Source: an uncultured Gemmatimonadales bacterium (lineage in GTDB: Bacteria; Gemmatimonadota; Gemmatimonadetes; Gemmatimonadales; GWC2-71-9). From it: a stretch of DNA of 64,000 nucleotides. The notes under the pieces are model-generated. The model was not told where the DNA came from. It did not search any database and was given only the letters and a program-made list of their open reading frames with translations. The translations under genes were made by a program, and so were the position numbers. The stretch covers positions 1,056,001 to 1,120,000 of the forward strand of contig CAVZZO010000001.1 in assembly GCA_963779755.1 (NCBI GenBank), in the 5' to 3' direction. Below, one piece after another: positions 38,697 through 48,500 of the stretch; within the stretch, counting starts at the first letter, position 1, and each line of letters starts with the position of its first letter.

Positions 38697-39391
38697 CAGC
38701 CGTCCGCCGGGCAGACCGCAACCAGCCGGTATCCCGGACGCCGATAGATGCGCGCGGGCAGGCCTGCGCCGGCAAACAGGGCGGCGAACTCGGCGCCGTT
38801 ATAGCCGCGGCGGACCGAGGTGACACCGTCGCTCCGGGTGCAGCGGTCGAACCGGAGCAGGGTCGCCCCGATCCAGAATCCGGCCTGCGCCAGCCGTGCC
38901 CGCACCAGATCGGTGGCCACCACGCCGACCCGGGCCACCCGGCGGCACTCGCGCAGCAGCCGGATCGCCGTGCCGGGATCGAAGTGATGCAGCACCTGGC
39001 TCACCAGCACGATATCGACCCCCCCGTCGGCCAGCGGCAGGGTGGAGGCGCAGCTCACGGCCGTGGGGACGCCGCGGTCCGTGGCCAGCGCCGCCGCCGT
39101 CCGGTTCAGATCGCACCCGGCGGGCCGCAGCGCCATCCCGCGCACCGCGCCCCAGCGGCGCAGGTGGTCCGGGAGGTCGCCCAGGCCGGTGCCGATATCG
39201 AAGAGCCGGTAGGCGCCGCCGCCGGCGCGGTCGAGCAGCTGGCGCAGGCCGAATCGCGCCGCGGCCCGGCCGCCGAACCAGCGGTTGCTTCGGGCAATAT
39301 TGACGAGCGATTCGCGGACCAGGCCGGGATCGGCGCAGGGATCGTCCAGGAGCTCGAAGCCGCGGTCCCGTCGCGGAGCGGCCGCGGTCAC
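38696..39391 (-). CDS. Class I SAM-dependent methyltransferase
   Basis: ELLDDP, FDIGTGLGD, SQVLHHF, DGVTSVRRG; GTG start overlapping the upstream stop. Confidence 0.85.
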   Translation of the reverse strand: MTAAAPRRDRGFELLDDPCADPGLVRESLVNIARSNRWFGGRAAARFGLRQLLDRAGGGAYRLFDIGTGLGDLPDHLRRWGAVRGMALRPAGCDLNRTAAALATDRGVPTAVSCASTLPLADGGVDIVLVSQVLHHFDPGTAIRLLRECRRVARVGVVATDLVRARLAQAGFWIGATLLRFDRCTRSDGVTSVRRGYNGAEFAALFAGAGLPARIYRRPGYRLVAVCPADG

Positions 39392-39867
39392 CGGCGGATT
39401 TCGGCGTAGCCGCCGCGGTAATAGAGCAGCGGCTCGCCCTCGTAGGTGGCGCCGTCCACCACCTCGCCCAGGTAGATGGTATGATCGCCGGCCTCGTAGT
39501 CCGCCACCCGGCGGCACTCGATATAGGCCAGCACACCCTCGAGAATCACCAGGCCGCTCGGCGTCAGCCGGTAGCCGATACCCTCGAACTTCCGGGGCTG
39601 GTTCACCGCAAAGCGGCGGGAGAGCCCCTCCTGGCCGGCCGTCAGGATATTGAAGACGTAGGCCGTGGACTCCTGCAACGCCGCATGCATGTCGGCGGCG
39701 TGCTCCACGCAGACCGAAACCAGCGGGGGATGGAGCGACACGGAGGCCAGGCTGTTGGCGGTCATCCCGGCCGGCTCCCCCGCGGCATCGCGGGTGGTGA
39801 TGATGCTGACGCCGGTGGCGAACCGGCCCAGGAGCTGGCGGAAGAGGGCGCTGTCGACCGGCGGCAT
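39388..39867 (-). CDS. Flavin reductase (HpaC/DIM6-like)
   Basis: FRQLLGRFATGVSII, SVSLHPPL, GDHTIYLGEV, PLLYYRG. Confidence 0.92.
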   Translation of the reverse strand: MPPVDSALFRQLLGRFATGVSIITTRDAAGEPAGMTANSLASVSLHPPLVSVCVEHAADMHAALQESTAYVFNILTAGQEGLSRRFAVNQPRKFEGIGYRLTPSGLVILEGVLAYIECRRVADYEAGDHTIYLGEVVDGATYEGEPLLYYRGGYAEIRR

Positions 39868-41117
39868 CAGAGTACCGCCCGCGCCAGGAAGGCGGGGTTC
39901 AGCACCGCGCGCGCCGGAATGAAGTCGCCGGTCACGCCGATCAGGGTGTCGGCCATGCCGCGGCGGCGGCCGATCCGTTCCACGCCGCGGTTGAAGAGGC
40001 CGGGCCAGAGCATGGCGTAGCCGATCAGGCGTTCCACCATCCATTTCCCCAGGAAGGCGCGCCGCCGGGCATGGCGGTAGGGGGCCAGGTCGCCGGCGCG
40101 GATGGGGCCGCCGCGGGCCAGCAGCGGCAGCGCCACGGTGGCCGCCAGCTCGGCTCCCCGGAGCGCGGTGTAGATCCCCTCGCCGGTGAAGGGATCGAAG
40201 AACTCGGCGGCATCGCCGGCCAGCAGGGCCCCATCGCCCACCACGCGGCTGGACCAGGCGGAGAAGGGCCCCGTCGCCAGCACCGGCCCGGCCAGCCGGG
40301 CCCGCCGGACTCGCCCGCGCGTGCCCGGGAGCCGCTCCAGCCGTTCCAGCAGGAACTCCGTGGCGCGGCCCCGCGCAGACTGCGCCAGCGCGGCGGGCAC
40401 CACCACCGCCACGTTGGCCAGGCCGCCGCCCAGCGGATTGATGCCGGCGTAGCCCTCTCCTCCCACGTGCAGTTCGGCGCAATCGCCCAGTCCTTCGACC
40501 TCGTGCACGTGCGCCACGAAGGCCATCCGCCGCGGCACGCCCCGCCGCCGCCGTCCCAGCACGCGCGCGACCTGCGAATGCAGCCCGTCGGCGCCGATGG
40601 TGAGCGTGGCCTGGACCGGGTGCAGCGTGCCGCGTTCGTCACGCAGGGTGGCGCCGGTCACGCGTCCGCCTAGGCGGGTCAACCCCTGGACGGCGGTGCC
40701 CTCGCGGACCAGGGCACCCGCCTCGCGGGCGGCCGCCACCAGCCGGGTATCGAGAAGGGTACGGCGGACGGCGAGCCCGGTCGGGCGCCAGGGCGTCACG
40801 CTGGAGCGGGCGAAGCGGCCCTGCAGCCGGGCGCCATGGGCCGCCACGACGGTGGTCCCGGCGAGCGGCGCCGCGCCCGCGCGCTCCAGGTCTTCCAGGA
40901 CCCCCAGCCGGTGCAGCAGCCGGGTGCCGGCGGGGCTCATGTATTCGGAACAGGCCTTGTCGCGGGGAAACCGGGCGCGATCGGCCACCAGCACCCGCCA
41001 GCCCGCGGCAGCGAAGTGGATGGCGCTGGCCGCGCCCGCGGGCCCCGCGCCGGCGATGAGCACATCGACCGATCGCGGCGGGGGGCCGTCAGGACTGGCG
41101 TTCGAAACGGTAGCCAC
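39867..41117 (-). CDS. FAD-dependent oxidoreductase, geranylgeranyl reductase family
   Basis: IAGAGPAG, FPRDKAC, GADG, LAGDAAEFFDPFTGEGI. Confidence 0.9.
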   Translation of the reverse strand: MATVSNASPDGPPPRSVDVLIAGAGPAGAASAIHFAAAGWRVLVADRARFPRDKACSEYMSPAGTRLLHRLGVLEDLERAGAAPLAGTTVVAAHGARLQGRFARSSVTPWRPTGLAVRRTLLDTRLVAAAREAGALVREGTAVQGLTRLGGRVTGATLRDERGTLHPVQATLTIGADGLHSQVARVLGRRRRGVPRRMAFVAHVHEVEGLGDCAELHVGGEGYAGINPLGGGLANVAVVVPAALAQSARGRATEFLLERLERLPGTRGRVRRARLAGPVLATGPFSAWSSRVVGDGALLAGDAAEFFDPFTGEGIYTALRGAELAATVALPLLARGGPIRAGDLAPYRHARRRAFLGKWMVERLIGYAMLWPGLFNRGVERIGRRRGMADTLIGVTGDFIPARAVLNPAFLARAVL

Positions 41118-41595
41118 CGATGTCTATCCGGTCGTGCGAGAAATCCACGGTGGTCACCGGAAAGAGCACCACTCCCGGGCCGCCGGCGAAGGTGACCGCC
41201 ACGTCGTTCCCCTGCATGGCCCAGGTGCAGGCCGTCACGGTCCGGAGCGGATACCCCAGCGCAAGGGAGAAGTTCTCGATCCGACGGACGCAGTGCCCGT
41301 CCACGCCGAAGCTCCACGTGGTGGTGATCCGGATCAGATCCTGGTCGGTCCGGTAGAGTTGGACATTGGCCCAGGTCCCCACCAGCAGGTCGGAGCCCGT
41401 CTGGATCCCACCGCCGCCGGTGCCGCCGGTCCCTACGCCCGGCTGCTGCCCGCCGCCCCCGAGGCCGGTGGGCGTCCGGGCGCTGCCCGCACAGCCGAAG
41501 CTCAGGAGGAGGCCGCCAGCCAGCGCCACGCGAGCCAGCCGCCCAGCGCGCCCGCGCCGGTGGCCACCAGGTTCACGCCGTCGTTGCTGAGCCAT
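41089..41595 (-). CDS. Hypothetical lipoprotein (lipocalin-like beta fold possible)
   Basis: LAGGLLLSFGC lipobox, Gly-rich linker, LLVGTW; GGGAGG SD; overlaps both neighbours. Confidence 0.65.
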   Translation of the reverse strand: MAQQRRREPGGHRRGRAGRLARVALAGGLLLSFGCAGSARTPTGLGGGGQQPGVGTGGTGGGGIQTGSDLLVGTWANVQLYRTDQDLIRITTTWSFGVDGHCVRRIENFSLALGYPLRTVTACTWAMQGNDVAVTFAGGPGVVLFPVTTVDFSHDRIDIGGYRFERQS

Positions 41596-42290
41596 CGCCA
41601 TCCTCCCGTCGGTTGCGCTGCCGCGCCGCAGCGATGTCGAGCCCGTTCGCAGGGCTGCTGGCAGCGGGGGCAGTAGAATCGTGCCTGCACCAGAGACCCC
41701 AGGGCGGAATCTCCCAGCATCCCCCCGAAACCTAGGACGGTTCCCGCCGGAAAGAAGAGACGCCCACCGGCCAGAGACGCCGCCACGGCGGCCAGGAACA
41801 CCGCGCCGGCCAGCCCGGCGGCGGTGCCGGCCCAGCTCACGGCGCCGCTGGTGCCCGGCGGCACCCGGCGGCCGCGGAACAGGTCGCGAGGCCAGCCGCC
41901 GAAGCGGGGGCCCCAGGCCGATGCCCAGGTGTCGGCCGTCGCGACGGCGAGCGCAGCGGCCAGCATCCAGAAGCCGGCCTGGGGATGGCGCAGCGCCACC
42001 AGCGCGCCCACGGCCGCGGGGCCGCCGTTGGCCAGGACCTGTACTGCATCGCGCCGATCGCCGCGGGCATCGAGATCCCGCGCCGCCGGATCCGGCCCCC
42101 CGCGGCCCAGGAGCGTGCTGGACAGAAAGAAGGCGGCCAGCACCGCGCCACCCCGCCAGCCGGTACCGGCCAGCACCGCCGTGCCCACGAGCACGGCCGC
42201 CGCGGCGCCGCCCGCGCTGAGGGCGCGCCCGCGCCAGGCGGCCAGGGCCAGCGCCGCCGCCACCAGGACGGCGAGCCCGGGGCCGGGCAT
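41502..42290 (-). CDS. DUF92/TMEM19 family membrane protein
   Basis: RDAVQVLANG, ADTWASAWG, VPPGTSGAVS, DSALG, SNDGVN. Confidence 0.9.
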   Translation of the reverse strand: MPGPGLAVLVAAALALAAWRGRALSAGGAAAAVLVGTAVLAGTGWRGGAVLAAFFLSSTLLGRGGPDPAARDLDARGDRRDAVQVLANGGPAAVGALVALRHPQAGFWMLAAALAVATADTWASAWGPRFGGWPRDLFRGRRVPPGTSGAVSWAGTAAGLAGAVFLAAVAASLAGGRLFFPAGTVLGFGGMLGDSALGSLVQARFYCPRCQQPCERARHRCGAAAQPTGGWRWLSNDGVNLVATGAGALGGWLAWRWLAASS

Positions 42291-42547
42291 CAGGCGGGAG
42301 GCGCTGGCTTCGCCTGTCGCAGGGAATCCAGGATGCGGGCCCGCAGCTCGGGCGGGCACTGCTGGCGCTCCAGCTGCTGTTCCAGCAGGTGGAGGAACTT
42401 CCGTTCGATGCGGGCGGCGTCGTCGCAGGCACGGCAGCGCTGCAGGTGCCGGCGGATCTCGTCCGCCAGCTCCGGCGTGATCTCCTGCTTGAGGTAATCC
42501 GCCAGATGCTCCATCAGGTCACGGCACTCGAAATCCGGGGGCGTCAT
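42290..42547 (-). CDS. zf-HC2 (ZAS) anti-sigma factor
   Basis: C...YL..E...HLQRCRAC...CPPELRARI. Confidence 0.88.
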   Translation of the reverse strand: MTPPDFECRDLMEHLADYLKQEITPELADEIRRHLQRCRACDDAARIERKFLHLLEQQLERQQCPPELRARILDSLRQAKPAPPA

Positions 42548-43113
42548 GCGCGGCCTCCCTGCCGGAGAAATCCCATTTCCACCGCATGCTGGTAGAGGTC
42601 GCTCTGCAGCTGCCGGCGAGCGCGAAAGAGGCGCGACTTGACGGTGCCCACCGGAATCGCCAGCGCCTGGGCGATCTCGGCGTAGGGCAGGCCCTCCACG
42701 TCGCTCAGCTGCACCACTTCGCGGAAATCGGTCGGGAGCCGGTCCAGCGCTTCCAGCACCCGGTCGTCCACGATCCGGTCGAAGAACTCCCCTTCCGGAT
42801 CGGCTTCTGCCATGCGGGCATGCAGCGAGTCCAGCGCGTCCCGGCTGAGGTCGGCCGCCGGTGTCTCGCGCCGCTGCCGCCGCAGGCTGTTGAGGAAGGT
42901 GTTTCGCAGAATGGCCACCAGCCAGGCGCGCGCGCTGGTCCCCGGCTGATAGCTGTGCCAGGCGCGGAAAGCCTTCAGCATGGTCTCCTGCACCAGGTCT
43001 TCCGCCTGGCTGCGGTCGCCGCCGGCATAGCGCAGCGCCATCCGGTAAAGCAGATCCAGATGCGGAAGCACCTCGGCGTCGAAACTGCGGGGGCGGGCGG
43101 AAGAGACGGCCAT
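42544..43113 (-). CDS. ECF RNA polymerase sigma factor (SigR/SigH-like)
   Basis: AEDLVQETMLKAF, AWL..ILRN, EGLPYAEIA..IPVGTVKSRLFRAR. Confidence 0.93.
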   Translation of the reverse strand: MAVSSARPRSFDAEVLPHLDLLYRMALRYAGGDRSQAEDLVQETMLKAFRAWHSYQPGTSARAWLVAILRNTFLNSLRRQRRETPAADLSRDALDSLHARMAEADPEGEFFDRIVDDRVLEALDRLPTDFREVVQLSDVEGLPYAEIAQALAIPVGTVKSRLFRARRQLQSDLYQHAVEMGFLRQGGRA

Positions 43114-43134
43114 GAGTGGAAGGTAAGGGGTGAG

Positions 43135-43240
43135 GCAGGAGGGGGGAAAGAAGAAGGAGAAACGGGAAACGGGAACGGGCAAACGCTGTCTGTTCCCTTT
43201 TCCCTTTTCCCATTTCCCGGTTCTCCGTTAGGTTTCCCCC
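43135..43240. repeat. Purine/pyrimidine inverted short-period repeats between divergent genes
   Basis: (gaaacgg)n followed by (ttccctt)n. Confidence 0.65.
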
Positions 43241-43261
43241 ACTTCATCCCACCGGTCCTCC

Positions 43262-43888
43262 GTGTCCGCTCGCTCCGTCGCCGCCGTCATCCCGCTGAGC
43301 CTGCTGCAGGCTATCCGGAATCTCGATACGCCGGTGGAGGACGGACTCCAGGAGTTCGCCGAGGAGATCGTGGCCCGCCGGCTGGGCCTGAGCCGAACCG
43401 TCGCGGCGCAGATCGCGCGCTATGAAGAGGCGGCCGAGCGGGGCGGGGATGTGCCTCAGGAAGAGGCGGTGGCGGTGTTCCGCCTGGTGGACCGGCGGCC
43501 CGATGCCGAGCTTGCGTTCGCCGACGCCGGACGTCGTGCGGCCCGCCAGGTGGCGCGGGCGGCGGCCTTCCCGGTGCGGGCCCTGGTCTCGGGTGCGCCC
43601 GCTTTTGTGGGACGGCGGGTGGGCGCCCGCGCGGCAGCCTCGGGCGCCCGGGAGGCGTTCGGGGCGGAGCTGACCCTGGCGGGCGGCATCGCCCTGGCCC
43701 GGGTGGACGAGCCGCTGTCGCTGCTGGCGGGCGAGAAAAACCGGGGGTGCGGCTTCTACGGCGCGGCGTTGGGCGAGCTGCTGCGCTGCCATACGGGATT
43801 CGAGGGCGCCATGCTGCACGAGCGCTGCCGGCTCCGGGGCGACACGGAATGCGCCTGGCGCGCCGTTCACACGGGAGACTACGAATGA
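43262..43888 (+). CDS. V4R (4-vinyl reductase)-like domain protein
   Basis: C-terminal CGFYGAAL...HERCRLRGDTECAW pattern. Confidence 0.65.
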   Translation: MSARSVAAVIPLSLLQAIRNLDTPVEDGLQEFAEEIVARRLGLSRTVAAQIARYEEAAERGGDVPQEEAVAVFRLVDRRPDAELAFADAGRRAARQVARAAAFPVRALVSGAPAFVGRRVGARAAASGAREAFGAELTLAGGIALARVDEPLSLLAGEKNRGCGFYGAALGELLRCHTGFEGAMLHERCRLRGDTECAWRAVHTGDYE

Positions 43889-45066
43889 GTGCACTGGAGA
43901 CGCTGGACCGGGGCGAGCTGCGCCGCGCCCTCGAGGCGCTGGGGGCCGACGCCTGGCTGCTGTTCGATTTCCACGGCATCAATCCCGTGGCGGCGCGGGT
44001 GCTCGGCCTGGGCGGCATGGCGACGCGGCGGCTCTTCGTGCTGCTCCCGCGCGAGGGCAAACCGGTGGCGGTGGCGCACAAGATCGAGCTGCAGCCGCTG
44101 GCCGGGTTCCCCGGCGAGGTCCAGCCCTACGCCCGCTGGGAGGAGCTGGAGGCCCGGCTGCGGCCGCTGGTGAACGGCAAACGGTTGGCCATGGAGATTT
44201 CCCCCCGCGACAACGTTCCCTATCTCGATCGGGTTCCCTTCGGCGTGGTGGAGCTGCTGGAGAGCCTGGGGGCCACGGTGGTGCCGTCGGCCGACCTGGT
44301 GACGCGGTTCGCCGCCCGCTGGAGCGACGCGGAACTGCAGGACCACCTCTCGGCTGCGGAGACCATCGCGCAGATCGCGCGCGAGGCGCTGGCCCGGGCG
44401 GTGACGCAGGGGGGCAAGGGGCTGCGGGAGACGGCGATGCAGGCCGAGGTGGTGGCCGCCATGAAAAAGTCGGGGCTGGCGCTGACCGAGCCGCCCATCG
44501 TAGGCTTCGGCCCCAACGCCGCCAACCCGCACTACGAACCACTCGAGGGGCAGGACGCCGAGCTGCGCGAAAACGAAGTCGTGCTGCTGGATCTGTGGGG
44601 CGGCCGCAGCCGCCAGACGGTGTTCGCCGATCAGACCTGGATGGGCTTCTCCGGCCCGACGCCGCCCGCGGAGGTCCAGCGCGTCTGGGAAACCGTGCGC
44701 GACGCGCGGGATGCCGCCGTGACGGTGCTGCGGGAGGCGTGGAAGCGGCGAGAGACCCTGGCCGGCTTCCAGGTGGACCAGGCGGCGCGGGGGGTGATCG
44801 AGAAGGCCGGCTACGGCGAGGCCTTCGTGCATCGGACCGGGCATTCCATCGACCGGGACCTGCACGGCTCGGGTCCCCACATGGACAGCTATGAGACCCG
44901 GGACGAGCGGGCACTGCTCACGGGGATCGGTTTTTCGATTGAGCCTGGGGTTTACCTGACGGGGAATTTCGGAGTCCGCAGTGAAATCAACGTCTATCTG
45001 GGGCCGGATGGCCCGCGGGTGACGCCGGGGGAGCCGCAGGTGGAGCTGATCGTTCCAGGGGCGTAG
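43885..45066 (+). CDS. M24 family Xaa-Pro peptidase
   Basis: ANPHY, LLD, ADQT, HRTGH, FSIEPGVY, VRSE; ATGA overlap. Confidence 0.92.
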   Translation: MSALETLDRGELRRALEALGADAWLLFDFHGINPVAARVLGLGGMATRRLFVLLPREGKPVAVAHKIELQPLAGFPGEVQPYARWEELEARLRPLVNGKRLAMEISPRDNVPYLDRVPFGVVELLESLGATVVPSADLVTRFAARWSDAELQDHLSAAETIAQIAREALARAVTQGGKGLRETAMQAEVVAAMKKSGLALTEPPIVGFGPNAANPHYEPLEGQDAELRENEVVLLDLWGGRSRQTVFADQTWMGFSGPTPPAEVQRVWETVRDARDAAVTVLREAWKRRETLAGFQVDQAARGVIEKAGYGEAFVHRTGHSIDRDLHGSGPHMDSYETRDERALLTGIGFSIEPGVYLTGNFGVRSEINVYLGPDGPRVTPGEPQVELIVPGA

Positions 45067-45068
45067 CC

Positions 45069-45189
45069 GGTCGAGGGGGTCGAGCGGAGCCTGGCTGGGG
45101 TCCCAGGTTGGTGCATACAAGTCGAGGGGTCGAGGCCGAGCACCCTCTCGACCCTCTCGACCCCCTCGACCCCCTCGACCCCCTCGACC
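45069..45189. repeat. 9-mer array (CCCTCGACC)x5 with inverted GGTCGAGGG copies
   Basis: Four gtcgag-containing units upstream; five ctcgacc units at about 45143-45189. Confidence 0.85.
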
Positions 45190-45367
45190 TACTAAGGAAA
45201 GATCCGAGCCCTACGTTTCCACCAGCAACATGTCCACGATCCCCTGGCTCGGTCGTCTTATGGATTTCGAGAGCACTGGAGGCGGGGCATGGCATCGGGG
45301 TGCATCTAGCGTCGTTTCAGAGAGTTACGATCTGAACCCTCGGTGGGTGGCCAGGCGTGACGATTCC

Positions 45368-45396
45368 TTGACACCGGATTTGGTGTTTCTCATATT
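45368..45396 (+). promoter_or_regulatory. Sigma70 promoter of the TBDR locus
   Basis: TTGACA-N17-CATATT; ACACC-N6-GGTGT inverted repeat overlapping the -35 and spacer. Confidence 0.65.
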
Positions 45397-45597
45397 GCTT
45401 CACCCGGCCGGGCCGCGGCCGGGCACGTATCGCCAGGTACAATCGTAGTTTTACGCACTTCTGATCCTCTTCAGCAGGTCGTGTAACAGCGCAGTCGCAT
45501 CTCGTTCCCGGCAGACGGGGAGGCCGGGGCGTGCATGCTTGCAGGCCGTCTGGTACGGCAGGAAACTCCAGTGTTCACGCCTTTGGAGGACGCTCTC

Positions 45598-48500
45598 ATG
45601 AAACAAAGTTGTGTAGGCGCCTTCGCGCGCGTAGCGCGGTGGTTCGCGCTCGCGGCAGTGGTGCTGGGCGTCAGCGCGGGTGCGCTGTACGCCCAGGCTG
45701 CTGGTAAAGTTGAAGGCAGAGTCCGCGACCAGGCCGGGGCGCCGATCGCCAATGCCCAGGTGACGCTCGTGGGCTCGGCGTTCGCGACCACGACCAACAA
45801 TCAGGGGTACTACTTCTTCAACAACGTGCCGCCCGGGGTGGTCACCATCCGGGCCGCTTTCGTTGGGTACAAGTCGGCCGAGGCCCGGGACGTCCGGGTG
45901 CTGGCCGGCCAGACCCTCACCCAGGACATCCAGCTGGAGCAGACGCCGTTCCAGGTGGAAGAGATCACGGTGGTGGCCACGGCCACACCGCTGGTGCCGC
46001 GAGACGAAGTCACCACCAAGCAGCGGCTCACCGGCGATTTCGTGACCAAGCTGCCGGCCGACCAGCTCACCAACGTGCTGGCGCTGCAGCCGGGCGTGGT
46101 GGCCAGCGCGGGCGGCGGCACGCTGTCCATCCGCGGCGGCCGGAGCGACGAAGCCTCCACCTACATCGACGGCGTGCCGGTGGATCCGGGCTACCGCGGG
46201 AATGCCTTCGTGGGCATCGGCGGGACCCAGATCAGCGTCGCCACCAACGCCTTCGAGCAGGCGTCGATCACCACCGGCGCCAGCAGCTCGGAGTTCGGCA
46301 ACGCGCAGTCGGGCATCATCAATATCGAAACCCGCACCGGTGGCCAGAGCTTCAGCGGCCAGCTGGGCTTCGAGAGCGACGAGCCCTTCGGCAAGGCCCA
46401 CAGCATCGGCTACAACGCCATCCGGGGCAACCTGGGCGGCCCGATCTACAAGAACCTCACGTTCTTCGTGTCGGGGGCCCTGCTGGGGCAGGCGTCGGCG
46501 ACGAGCGGGCTGCATTCCATCGACTACCCGATCTTCGTGCCGGCGGGGGTGGACACCACGGTGGCCGTGCCCAGCGCCATCAACGATCCGCTGGCCGACA
46601 CCACCATGGTGGCGGTGGAGAAGTACGCCATCTACCGCGGCGACTGCAATGCCTTCAGCGGCAGCACCAATTCCGGTATCGCCGACAACTATGGCAACAG
46701 CTGCCAGGGCATCCGGATTCCCTACAGCGCCAGCACGATCTACCAGCTCAGCGGCAAGCTGAACTACACCTTCGGCACCGGCAGCCGCATCGCGTTGAGC
46801 TACAACGGCAGCCGCAACCAGTCCCGGAACTCGAACTTCTTCAACTTCGAGGATCCCATTCTGCTGTCGGGGAACCGGTCCTGGAGCAACTACTTCACCC
46901 TGAGCTGGACGCAGAACCTGGCCAAGTCCTCCGAGCGGGCGCTGGCGATCGACGCCAACGTCGCCTATCAGATGGACCGCCGGCTCAACGGGCCGATGAC
47001 CCGGCAGAGCGAGCTGGACACGCGCAATCCGTTCGGCGGCTTCATGCTGGGCAACATCGATTTCATGTGGGACTTCAACAGCTTCCCGCTGGACCAGCAG
47101 CTGGTGGATAACTATCGCAACAACGTTCCGGGCTCGCGGCGCTCGCCGCTGGACCTGGAAAACCGCGATCAGTACTCCGTCATCGACAAGTACCGCAACA
47201 ACGCCTACGGCCTGGACGGCTTCGCCGAGTCGGGCGGCCCCACCAACCGGCTCTTTCTGTATCGCGAGAACCGCTGGGTCGGGAAGGGCAACCTCGACTG
47301 GCAGGTCGACCGCTATAACCGGGTCAAGATCGGCGGCGAGTATACCCACTACGACATCTCCAACTACTCCCACGCGCTGACCAGCCAGGCGTTCTCCGAC
47401 ATCTTCATCGAGTCGCCCATGCGTTACGACGCCTTCGTCGAGGATCGTCTCGACCTGGGCGACGTGGTGGTGGTGGGCGGTCTGCGCTACGACTACTACA
47501 AGTCGAACGGCTCGCACCCCTACGTGCTGGACACCGTCTCGACCCACGCCACCTTCGGCACCTACAGCTACTTCCCCCGGCCCAACAGCTACGGCACGGG
47601 CGGCGCGGATCTGAACGGCATGCCGTTGGTGAAGTACGTGGCGGATCAGGGCCACAGCTATGTGAGCCCGCACATCCAGGTGTCCTTCCCGGTCACCGAC
47701 CGCACCAATTTCCGGCTCTCCTACGCCCACCAGGTGCAGACGCCGGACTTCGGGCTGATCCTGGGCGGGATGAACACCGACCTGGCCGTGACCAACACCA
47801 ACCACGTGTACGGCACCGATCTGGACTTCGGGAAGACCATCTCCTTCGAGTTCGGTATCCGGCACGCGTTCAGCGACGACATGGTGCTGGACATCTCGGC
47901 CTATAACCGGGACAACCTCTCCAACTTTGCCGGCCGTCTGGTCAGCTTCTCCGATCCGCAGCGCCAAGGCGCCAACGTGGATCTCCGGGTGATGACCAAC
48001 GCCGACTTCGGCAATACCCGCGGCATCGACGTCCGGCTCGACCGGCGCTTCGGCCGGTTCTTCAACGGCGTGCTGACCTACACCTTCCAGCAGGCCAAGA
48101 ACACCGGGTCCGATCCGTTCACCTACATCAATTTCGGCTCGCGGATCGTCAACCAGATCTCCGGCGGCAACCAGCCGCCCCCGCAGTCGATCTTCCCGAC
48201 GGCCAGCAGCCGGCCGCACAACCTGACCGGCTCGTTCGCGCTCAGCTTCCCGTCGGACTGGAAAGAAGGCTCCACGGCGGGCGCCATCCTGGGTGGCGCG
48301 GGCGTCACGGCGCTGTTCCGCTACTCCAGCGGCACCGCCTTCACCCGCTGCCCGGCCGAGACGGGCAACGAGGGCGTGCTCTCCGGCGGGGTCTGCTCCC
48401 GGCAGTTCGAGGGCGACTTCTTCGGCGCCCGCACGCCGGCCTTCAAGCAGCTGGACATGAAGTTCACCAAGAGCTTCGGGCTGCGCGGCCTGGATGTGAC

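Noticed and set aside
45290..45304. Sigma54-like TGGCAT...TGCA (similar partial matches near 3821 and 57725)
   Set aside because: GG to GC spacing is not 10 nt
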